Of a stretch of 45,377 nucleotides of DNA, positions 1 through 6,628 are shown piece after piece. A program made the translations under genes and the position numbers. The DNA is from a virus (taxonomy: Duplodnaviria > Caudoviricetes): the IMG/VR virus record IMGVR_UViG_3300015259_000002, positions 1 to 45,377 of that record; one strand, given 5' to 3'. Within the stretch, counting starts at the first letter, position 1. Each line of letters starts with the position of its first letter. The notes beneath the pieces are model-generated. The model did no database searches. It was not told where the DNA came from and saw nothing but the letters and a program-made list of their open reading frames with translations.

Positions 1-123
1 CATTGCCGTATGATCGGGCCGGTCAACTGCTCGCAATGTTCAGCTATCACCTTTCGCGTGGCATGATTATCGACGCACATAAATACGATATCATCTCGTA
101 AGATGATGCTACCAGCGTTAACC
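1..123. repeat. Terminal direct repeat, left copy (circular-assembly overlap)
   Basis: 1-123 is identical to 45255-45377 (cattgccgta...gcgttaacc), and the E1 frame continues through it. Confidence 0.97.
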
Positions 124-407
124 GGAGTTACATATTCCGTGATCGCAGACACGAGCAACTGATATCCGCACCTCTCTCGTATCTCATTCGCTATCACTTC
201 CGCTTTGGGACCGCACTCGGGAAATATCATCCTCTCCGCATTCTTCGGCTCGAAGCTATCCCCGTCAACGAGTACCAAATGACAACTCTTCCCGAGGGAC
301 GCAAAGAACACGGAAGCATATCGAGCCACGATCGAACCAACACCACCTAACCCGACGACGACGATACGCTGTCCCTCGCGTACCCTCTCTAATATGCGTT
401 CCCTCAC
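1..407 (-). CDS. E1/ThiF-family Ubl-activating enzyme, 5' part (continues at 45254->44885; 258 aa in total)
   Basis: Hand translation from GTG at 407, overlapping the JAB stop: MRERILERVREGQRIVVVGLGGVGSIVARYASVFFASLGKSCHLVLVDGDSFEPKNAERMIF...GPKAEV...DDIVFMCVDNHATRK. Shows GxGGxG, VDGD..N..R, K and D..CVDN..TR motifs. 407+370 nt = 259 codons. Confidence 0.93.
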   Translation of the reverse strand, partial: MRERILERVREGQRIVVVGLGGVGSIVARYASVFFASLGKSCHLVLVDGDSFEPKNAERMIFPECGPKAEVIANEIRERCGYQLLVSAITEYVTPVNAGSIILRDDIVFMCVDNHATRKVIAEHCEQLTGPIIRQ

Positions 408-1282
408 TTGCTATCCCTCCAGTATGTACTCGGATCGAATTCCGAAGGCCCTTTCTCTTTCTTCTCTCGGCGCCTCCTCTCTTTCTTCCGCCACCCAGAT
501 TCTTCGACCCACTTTTCCCCTTCCCAATGAGATTTCCAATAACCGCCCCCCCTCTTGTCATCCCCCTTCCATTTGTCATCCCCTTCCCATCCCCACTTCT
601 TGTGCTCTACTTTCGCAAACCACCCTATCGGCACCTCTTTGAGGTGTAGCGGCTCCGCCACGTCAATCGGTATCACATCCCCCGGTGACACCTTGCAGCG
701 CACCCCGTCGACAACAAAATCAACGTGCGCTGACAACCTCTTCCACTCACTATCACTCTCTTTGTTGTCGTAGTCAATATGCCCGAGAATGATATGCAAC
801 CCTGCCTTAAATTCCTCATCATCTTTGTCGGTCATCGACGCATAGGCGCCCCCATAACCGTGCGAATGAATATCCCCGACGATGACGCCCACCTCCCCCT
901 TCGGCAACACCGCCTCGAACTTCACATCGTAAGCCGACACCTTTTGTTCGGGAATGACAACATCCAACTCCCCTTGACTCCCATTCCGAGCTACTAACAG
1001 CCCGGCCGCTTCCGAACCGTTATGCCTTTTCGCCACCTCCCGAAAGAATGCCCACACTCGTCGGAACGATAGGGGGGAGAATTTGGGCAACTGAAATCTC
1101 ACTCCTGAATCCACCTCCCCCAAATGCGACGGCCCCTTATTCGCCTTTACGAGTGACGAGAAGAACGGCGTATTACGTCCGATGTACAGCCCATTTGACG
1201 TCAAGACGTAGAAGATAGGTACATCCTTCGGAAGTACCAACTCCTCTCCCTTGCGCGCAACGAACAGCGGCGCCTCGTTCAT
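404..1282 (-). CDS. JAB/JAMM metalloisopeptidase (Prok-JAB, PRTRC protein A-like)
   Basis: Catalytic Glu (GSEAAG) plus exact HxH-x7-S-x2-D motif (HSHGYGGAYASMTD); IPEQKVS motif; N-terminal YVLTSNGLY segment like PRTRC protein A. Confidence 0.92.
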   Translation of the reverse strand: MNEAPLFVARKGEELVLPKDVPIFYVLTSNGLYIGRNTPFFSSLVKANKGPSHLGEVDSGVRFQLPKFSPLSFRRVWAFFREVAKRHNGSEAAGLLVARNGSQGELDVVIPEQKVSAYDVKFEAVLPKGEVGVIVGDIHSHGYGGAYASMTDKDDEEFKAGLHIILGHIDYDNKESDSEWKRLSAHVDFVVDGVRCKVSPGDVIPIDVAEPLHLKEVPIGWFAKVEHKKWGWEGDDKWKGDDKRGGGYWKSHWEGEKWVEESGWRKKERRRREKKEKGPSEFDPSTYWRDSK

Positions 1283-2109
1283 TTCGTTGCCTTCCCTTTC
1301 ATAGCTCCCAACGTCGCCGCGAGCGCCGCTTCGGAGTTAATCCCAACTGCGGCCCCCTTCAGTCCATTGTGTCCCACAAAGAACATCCGTTCCGCCATTT
1401 CATCGACTGTCATTTTGGTGGGAAGATAATTCATCTTCAACCCGCACATCGGATCCTTCTTTGTCAACACCTCCCACTTCTCGATTGTGCCGATCCTCTT
1501 CTCACTCTTGATCGTCTCCGAGTACCAACTTTGCCCTTCATGTCGTTCGGAAGAGTAATTGAATCCCGCGAGCAAAAGATTCTCGACCAACTGTCGCGTG
1601 ATCAAATCCAAATTCTTCGATTCCTCCATCCCCACTTTCATCGGCTTGAATTGATAATTAGCCGTGCAAATCCACGCTAACGCCGTTTGCTCTGCCGCAG
1701 GATCGGGCCACTTCGACACGTTCAAGAGCGCCGGAAATAACAACTTCTCTTTCGCCTCGAACGGTGTGAGCGAAAAGAACGCTTCGTTCGCGTGCGTGTA
1801 TGACCACAACCCATCTCCCATCCGCATAACCATAACCATCGTCACAACAAACGGCAGAGATACCGTGACGTTCCGATATATCGCTTTCGGCCCATACGGT
1901 TCCGGCGAATCTTTCGCTATCCACTTCATCGTTCGAACAGCCGGCAACGTCTCATGCGCCAGGACCATTAAACCCCCGCGCCGATAAACCGCTCGCACAC
2001 CTCGGGGAACATACGTCGGTGCCGTTATCGCCGGCCTCTTAGCCGCCACGGCTAACGCCTCGACTAAGGGGAACGCGCCCAACTTGAAATTTTCTATGAT
2101 GATCGACAC
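1279..2109 (-). CDS. Prokaryotic E2-like conjugating enzyme (Prok-E2 family D / PRTRC protein B-like)
   Basis: SLPFVV...LLFPALLNVS...AWICT matches the L..P..N....IC catalytic-Cys pattern; lies between Ubl and JAB. Confidence 0.78.
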   Translation of the reverse strand: MSIIIENFKLGAFPLVEALAVAAKRPAITAPTYVPRGVRAVYRRGGLMVLAHETLPAVRTMKWIAKDSPEPYGPKAIYRNVTVSLPFVVTMVMVMRMGDGLWSYTHANEAFFSLTPFEAKEKLLFPALLNVSKWPDPAAEQTALAWICTANYQFKPMKVGMEESKNLDLITRQLVENLLLAGFNYSSERHEGQSWYSETIKSEKRIGTIEKWEVLTKKDPMCGLKMNYLPTKMTVDEMAERMFFVGHNGLKGAAVGINSEAALAATLGAMKGKATK

Positions 2110-2111
2110 AG

Positions 2112-2426
2112 TTACCGGCCCCCCTTCTCTGCCGCCTTCTTCACAAAGAGCAACATCCCCCCCTCGGTGACAGTCGCACTCCCGTCGGCCTGTTCCCCAT
2201 CAATGAGCGCCACGGCTTGCGGATCAATGTCGAGCAAGTCTTTCCACTCCTTCCGCACCTCTTCTACCGTCATCCCCACGGCCGGTAGAACGTAGGAGTA
2301 CAGCCCGTGGGAAACATTGACCATCCCCTTCGGCCTCTCTTTGAGCGACGGCGCATCGAAAACGCTCTCTACCGGCGCGCCGGACACCACCTCGGGACTC
2401 TCTTTCACTTTCTTCTGTTCGGCCAT
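2112..2426 (-). CDS. Ubiquitin-like beta-grasp protein with C-terminal KGG-R
   Basis: Strand-strand-helix pattern (VNVSHG..SYVLP..GMTVEEVRKEW), ALIDG, LLFVKKAAEKGGR; AGGAG RBS; first gene of the operon. Confidence 0.85.
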   Translation of the reverse strand: MAEQKKVKESPEVVSGAPVESVFDAPSLKERPKGMVNVSHGLYSYVLPAVGMTVEEVRKEWKDLLDIDPQAVALIDGEQADGSATVTEGGMLLFVKKAAEKGGR

Positions 2427-2531
2427 TGAATTCCACTCCTAGCTGTGAACTAACAGTCGGTCGATTGAGGCGCCGCACACTACGGCGCCCCCCACCTCTC
2501 CCCTTTACCGCACCTCCCCCCATAGCGAAAT

Positions 2532-2608
2532 TAGGAAATTCCCTTGAATTCTAGGTATTTACCCTTATTCTAGGGATATCCCTACCCCCTCTAGGGGAAC
2601 TCCCTACG
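2532..2608. repeat. Degenerate ~20-bp periodic array, consensus TAGG-N5/6-CCCT
   Basis: Units start at 2532 (TAGGAAATTCCCT), 2552 (TAGGTATTTACCCT), 2571 (TAGGGATATCCCTA) and 2592 (TAGGGGAACTCCCTA). Confidence 0.65.
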
Positions 2609-2709
2609 TGGGAACTTTCCACCACTCCTCCCTCGCCCGGCCTCACCGGGCCGCGCCCCTCCCCGCGCCCCTCCCGGCGGCGGCGTAGAAGTACCTGAGC
2701 CCGCCCCAC

Positions 2710-2785
2710 GGAGCAGTAGCTAACGCGGTGTCAGCGCCCGGCCGAAAACCGGGAGATGTCGGTTCAACTCCGACCTGCTCCACCA
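2710..2785 (+). tRNA. tRNA-Phe(GAA), atypical C33
   Basis: Acceptor GGAGCAG/CTGCTCC, anticodon arm CCCGG-CCGAAAA-CCGGG, T arm GTCGG-TTCAACT-CCGAC, encoded ACCA. Confidence 0.85.
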
Positions 2786-2790
2786 CCGAT

Positions 2791-2861
2791 CCGCTCGTAG
2801 CTCAAGGGCAGAGTAGCCGCCTGATATGCGGCCGACGGAGGTTCAACTCCTCCCGAGCGGA
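2791..2861 (+). tRNA. tRNA-Ile(GAT), CCA not encoded
   Basis: Acceptor CCGCTCG/CGAGCGG, D stem GCTC/GAGT, anticodon arm GCCGC-CTGATAT-GCGGC, T arm GGAGG-TTCAACT-CCTCC. Confidence 0.85.
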
Positions 2862-2994
2862 CCCCCTCCCCCAGATAGCGGCTCGTCCAAGATCGCAGAA
2901 GGACTTGAGCCCGGCGGAGAACCCTTCCCCCTCATGGTGACGCCGCGCAGCGGCGGGGCCGGAGGCCCTAAGAGGGTCGTGTCCTCGGCACCCC

Positions 2995-3065
2995 TGTCGG
3001 CGTCGGGCGGACGGGACGTGCGCGCCAAAGGCCGCACGGCACGGCCCGACCGACCGACGCTGACG
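2995..3065. other. Long GC-rich hairpin
   Basis: 2995-3021 pairs with 3039-3065 over 27 positions, with three single purine-purine mismatches and two G-T pairs. Confidence 0.7.
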
Positions 3066-3200
3066 GCAACAGATTTCCGATCCCAATCTGTCGTAGGCCG
3101 TAGGCGAAGGGGGGTGCGCGCTTTGCTGCCCGTAGGGCAGCGCGCCCCCCTGAGCCTGCTGTCCCTTCGCTGTTTATATATTAAGGAAGGAACTCATCCG

Positions 3201-3263
3201 ACTGAGTACACTAGGTACTCATAAACTGAGTACCCTAAGTACGCAGTGGGGAAAATTCCCCAC
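3201..3263. promoter_or_regulatory. Two tandem imperfect palindromes plus a third palindrome (operator/origin-like)
   Basis: ACTGAGTAC-N5-GTACTCATA (3201-3223), ACTGAGTAC-N5-GTACGCAGT (3225-3247), GTGGGGAA-AA-TTCCCCAC (3246-3263). Confidence 0.55.
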
Positions 3264-3743
3264 CTAGATATCCTTCAGGAAATCGAGGTATCCGCCGCCC
3301 TTGAGGTCATCGAGCCCATAGGTTCTTGTCTTCGACCCGGCCTTCGGGAATGGGGCGGCCAAGATAGCCTCTGATCGTTCCCCGATTCCTTCCCTTGTCA
3401 GCCTCAGTTCGATCCGGTCGCTCGGACCTTTTCCCCTTCCGAGACGAAGGGCGAATCTCTTGCTCAGGATTCCGGCCTCTTCGAGCCGCCGTATCGCGAG
3501 CCGGGAGGTTCTATCGCTGACTCCGGCCTCTCTACCGATCTGGCGGGCAGAGGTGGTCGTCCAGCCCTGAGGGGTACAGGGCCTCTTAGCGATCGTGATG
3601 GCGATGATCTTGAGGGACGGAGCGCATTGGACCCGGAATAGCCAGTCGAAGAGAATGCGCTGTTCGGCTCGTACTTTCTTGAACGAATCGTCGTTAAGTC
3701 TTTTTAGGCCAGGACTTTGGAGTTCTCGCCAGCCATTTGACAT
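3264..3743 (-). CDS. Winged-HTH DNA-binding protein (replication-initiator N-terminal-like)
   Basis: GWTTTSARQIGREAGVSDRTSRLAIRRLEEAGILSKR is a typical HTH_36-like segment. Confidence 0.75.
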   Translation of the reverse strand: MSNGWRELQSPGLKRLNDDSFKKVRAEQRILFDWLFRVQCAPSLKIIAITIAKRPCTPQGWTTTSARQIGREAGVSDRTSRLAIRRLEEAGILSKRFALRLGRGKGPSDRIELRLTREGIGERSEAILAAPFPKAGSKTRTYGLDDLKGGGYLDFLKDI

Positions 3744-3895
3744 CTGGAGCCCTCTTGGAAGAGGCGGAACCGGGGGTTCAGTCGGGGCGCTTCCAAGTTC
3801 GCCTCGACATCCCCCCCGATCCTGCCAGGGACGGATCTACCGCCATATTCTAGAACGAGATTTTGGCGGTCGAAAAGATTTTCTCCGGATTTCAC

Positions 3896-3924
3896 TTGCC
3901 TAGCCTAAGCCGTCGCGATATTCT
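3896..3924 (+). promoter_or_regulatory. Sigma70-like promoter of the early arm
   Basis: TTGCCT-17 nt-TATTCT, 9 nt before ATG 3934, with no SD. Confidence 0.55.
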
Positions 3925-3933
3925 TCTGTCGCT

Positions 3934-4146
3934 ATGAGTCACCGCAATGCCGAGTTCGATCCTGTGATCGAGTCGGAGAAGCTAGAGAAAGAAGGGAAGT
4001 GGCTTGAAGCGCGTTGTTGGGGTTGCGGGGATAAATTGCCCTTTAATGAACTCCCGAGAGTGATCGGAAAAGCGACCGAGCAACATAAGCCGTGTTGGCA
4101 ATGCGGTGGCACCAGAATCACTTGGATTATTTGTGAGCGACGATGA
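3934..4146 (+). CDS. Small zinc-ribbon protein
   Basis: Two CxxC pairs (CWGC, CWQC). Confidence 0.7.
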   Translation: MSHRNAEFDPVIESEKLEKEGKWLEARCWGCGDKLPFNELPRVIGKATEQHKPCWQCGGTRITWIICERR

Positions 4147-4328
4147 GTGAGAGACCGAACCTTTTCGATTGTCGGTGTATCGAGTGCGGTGGTTTCGTTG
4201 GAAACCTGGTCTTCCGGGGAAAAGAGCCGCCCCCGATCGATTTTAGCTGCCCTCATTGTGAGGTCGGGCTCCTCTACTGGAAACTCTTGGGAGAGTACCT
4301 GAACACCACTTTCAAATCCGATGAGTGA
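4143..4328 (+). CDS. Small zinc-ribbon protein
   Basis: CIEC and CPHC; ATGA overlap with the previous gene. Confidence 0.7.
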   Translation: MSERPNLFDCRCIECGGFVGNLVFRGKEPPPIDFSCPHCEVGLLYWKLLGEYLNTTFKSDE

Positions 4329-4569
4329 CAACAACCACGCGGCTCCTGGCGGGCGCTACACGCTCCAGGCGCTCGAAGGGAAGATCGTCGCAGTCGGGGC
4401 GACGGATAACCTAGCGCACGCCGTAGAGAAGGCCCGTCAGGTCGCTCAGGCGCGTCAGAAGTACATCGTGATTCACGATCTCAAGGACCCGAGGCTGACT
4501 CGGGACCTGAAGGGTTCTGAGGTGACGTCCTTCAAACTCTACGGCTGCTACATGGCGGGGTACTTTTGA
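4321..4569 (+). CDS. Hypothetical protein
   Basis: Coupled ORF in the early operon. Confidence 0.65.
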   Translation: MSDNNHAAPGGRYTLQALEGKIVAVGATDNLAHAVEKARQVAQARQKYIVIHDLKDPRLTRDLKGSEVTSFKLYGCYMAGYF

Positions 4570-4596
4570 TGAGGAAATGCCGTGAGCGAGCCGGTC

Positions 4597-4679
4597 TTGG
4601 GGGTAGCTTAAGAAGCGTTCGCATCAGAGCGCCGGGGCTGGAAACCCTGGAGGTGTCGGTGCAAATCCGTCCCCCTAAA
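4597..4679 (+). ncRNA. tRNA-like RNA, anticodon GGA (Ser), enlarged D-loop, no long variable arm
   Basis: Acceptor TTGGGGG/CCCCTAA, D stem GCTT/GAGC with 17-nt loop, 6-bp anticodon stem around CTGGAAA, T arm GTCGG-TGCAAAT-CCGTC. Confidence 0.65.
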
Positions 4680-4703
4680 ACCGGCTCGCTCTTAGCCGTG
4701 AGA

Positions 4704-4791
4704 GGGTCCTTAACTCAAGCCGCTACGGAGCGGCGTGGTAGAGCCTTGGACATGAGCCAGGGGGTTGCCGGTTCGAGCCCGGCAGGACCCT
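4704..4791 (+). ncRNA. tRNA-like RNA, central triplet ATG, hairpin inserted in D-loop
   Basis: Acceptor GGGTCCT/AGGACCC, inserted GCCGCT-ACGG-AGCGGC, anticodon arm CTTGG-ACATGAG-CCAGG, perfect T arm GCCGG-TTCGAGC-CCGGC. Confidence 0.7.
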
Positions 4792-4798
4792 CTCTTTT

Positions 4799-4875
4799 GC
4801 CGTGATGGTGTAACTGGAAAACATGCCGGTCTTTCAATCCGGAGGATGCGGGTTCGAGTCCCGTTCACGGCACCA
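4799..4875 (+). tRNA. tRNA-Glu(TTC)
   Basis: Acceptor GCCGTGA/TCACGGC, anticodon loop CTTTCAA, T arm GCGGG-TTCGAGT-CCCGT, encoded ACCA. Confidence 0.88.
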
Positions 4876-4877
4876 AA

Positions 4878-5219
4878 ATGAAGAGTCCATTCCGTCAGAG
4901 CGCAACGATCGGCGAGGTGTACGGTCCCGCGATGGTCATCGAGGATCAGGCTGCGGCCGATGCGTACTTCGATCTGATCGTCGCTCACCTGATGACGTGG
5001 GGCGAGTCGAAGGAATCCGCCGAGAAGATGGCCAGAGACAATCTGGCCTACGTCGCTGGATACCACGGCGACGCGACGCGCCTTCGAGTCGAGAGGCTCT
5101 TTAACTGCGCTCACCCGTTCTTCGGGCCGATCGCTAAGAACGGGCCTCCGACCGACGAAGAGGCTCTGCGTGCCGGAATGATCTTGGGTAAGAAACTGAG
5201 GAAAGAGAGAGAAAGATGA
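4878..5219 (+). CDS. Hypothetical protein
   Basis: Protein-like composition; coupled to the next gene. Confidence 0.75.
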   Translation: MKSPFRQSATIGEVYGPAMVIEDQAAADAYFDLIVAHLMTWGESKESAEKMARDNLAYVAGYHGDATRLRVERLFNCAHPFFGPIAKNGPPTDEEALRAGMILGKKLRKERER

Positions 5220-5422
5220 TCGACGATAACGAGCTAACCGGCCTCACCGAAGAGGCTGAAAAGGTCTATTTATCTAGTCCAGCTAGGATCCGGAGACACA
5301 CTCTGGGAATCTTGCTCCAGGTGTATCGAGTCCACCAGGGATGTCCGATCATGCTTCCGAAGAGAGTAGCGGATCCTCTGTTCATCGACTCCGAGAAAGA
5401 GATAGACGATGCTAGCGGATAA
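5216..5422 (+). CDS. Hypothetical protein
   Basis: ATGA overlap with the upstream ORF. Confidence 0.6.
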   Translation: MIDDNELTGLTEEAEKVYLSSPARIRRHTLGILLQVYRVHQGCPIMLPKRVADPLFIDSEKEIDDASG

Positions 5423-6425
5423 GTTGCACCAGGTCGCATCGACTGAGGCGGAGAAGGACGAAGAGGCGAACGCCTATCACTGGAGGCGTCCTTCTCTCGC
5501 CGGTCCCACTCGCTGTCAGCGTCAGCTGGTGTACAGGGCCACGAAAGAACCACGGACGAACCCGATCAGCGGCCGCTTCTTCCACGTCCTAGAGGCGTCC
5601 TCCTGGGACGAAGAGGTGATGAAGGACTGGATCCGCCGCGCCGGCCTCGCCATCAGCGCAGAACAGACCGAGGTGAACACCGCCGTCGGCGTGGGCCATA
5701 TCGACGGCCTCATCTGCGGTGATCTGGCGAAGCCCCCCGTTCTTCTTGAAGTGAAAGCGATCAACCACTTCACCTGGCAGCGATACGACTCCGGTAACGA
5801 GCTACCGATTGACTACATGACGCAATCGGCTCTCTACCTCGCCTCCGAGGATCTCCGGAAACTCGAAGTTAAGAGGGCCGTCCTGCTCATCGTGAACAAG
5901 AACACGCGCGCCCTCCTGGAGTACGTCCTCGAGTATGACCCGGAGATCGACACCCTTTTCCTTGTGAGTCGCACCAACAGCAACGGTGATACCCATATCG
6001 TCGATCCAGGGGACCCGGACGCCGTAGTCCTACTGAACGTCATCAGCGAGTCGATCGATCGACTCGATCAAGTGAAGTCACACGCCGGAGCCGGGACGAT
6101 GCCGCCTCGCCCGTTCGTCAAGGGCGATTGGCACTGCGATTATTGCTCGTGGAAAGGTAAGTGTTGGTCGGATTACGACGTAGAACGGGACATCGTTGTC
6201 GGTGTCGATACAAGGATCGATGAACCGAAGATGGCGTCCACACTCGAAGAGTACGAGGCGCTCGGGCGTGCGGTCCGTCGATGCGAGATGGAGCGTGATG
6301 ATCTCCGCCCTCAGATCGTGAAGGCTATCGTCGCCGCCGGAGTCGAGACGATCCACTGCGGTAAGTACAAGGCGACACTCAAGAAAACCAAGAAGAGCGA
6401 GATGTTGAAGGTGGAGAAAGAATGA
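5409..6425 (+). CDS. PD-(D/E)XK Cas4-like exonuclease
   Basis: N-terminal Cys (CQRQ), GHIDG, LLEVK, YMTQSALY and C-terminal CDYC-x5-C. Confidence 0.88.
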   Translation: MLADKLHQVASTEAEKDEEANAYHWRRPSLAGPTRCQRQLVYRATKEPRTNPISGRFFHVLEASSWDEEVMKDWIRRAGLAISAEQTEVNTAVGVGHIDGLICGDLAKPPVLLEVKAINHFTWQRYDSGNELPIDYMTQSALYLASEDLRKLEVKRAVLLIVNKNTRALLEYVLEYDPEIDTLFLVSRTNSNGDTHIVDPGDPDAVVLLNVISESIDRLDQVKSHAGAGTMPPRPFVKGDWHCDYCSWKGKCWSDYDVERDIVVGVDTRIDEPKMASTLEEYEALGRAVRRCEMERDDLRPQIVKAIVAAGVETIHCGKYKATLKKTKKSEMLKVEKE

Positions 6426-6625
6426 GCATATGCGAGGAGTGCCAACTGAGTGTTCAGGCGATCCTTGAGACGGCCCACCAGGAGCTAATAGAGTCGCGTA
6501 AGTTTTTGGATCTAGCCGACTCGAAGTTGAACGACTCCATGAAGAACCTGAAGGCGTCTATGATCTTAAGCTTCATCGGATTGGGGTGGTTCTTGGGCTC
6601 TCTTATCTTCTCGCTCTCTTGGTGA
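6422..6625 (+). CDS. Small membrane-anchored protein
   Basis: Coiled-coil-like segment and a C-terminal hydrophobic helix. Confidence 0.65.
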   Translation: MSICEECQLSVQAILETAHQELIESRKFLDLADSKLNDSMKNLKASMILSFIGLGWFLGSLIFSLSW

Positions 6626-6628
6626 ACC

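Noticed and set aside
1-123. 123-bp terminal repeat as a biological phage DTR
   Set aside because: It falls in the middle of the E1 gene, which reads through in frame; an assembler overlap on a circular contig is the better explanation.
265-579. 104-aa basic minus-strand ORF
   Set aside because: Alternate frame over JAB and E1, with G-skew-driven composition.
1-2426. ThiS/MoaD sulfur-transfer pathway
   Set aside because: No thiamine, molybdopterin or tRNA-thiolation genes; E2, JAB and AAA partners point to protein conjugation.
2532-2608. Mini-CRISPR array
   Set aside because: Units are degenerate and ~20 bp with no spacers; the Cas4-like gene is a solo phage exonuclease.
2728-3224. ORFs over the tRNA and hairpin region (also 4566-4805)
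   Set aside because: They overlap clear cloverleafs and hairpins and give Arg/Pro/Gly-rich shadow translations.
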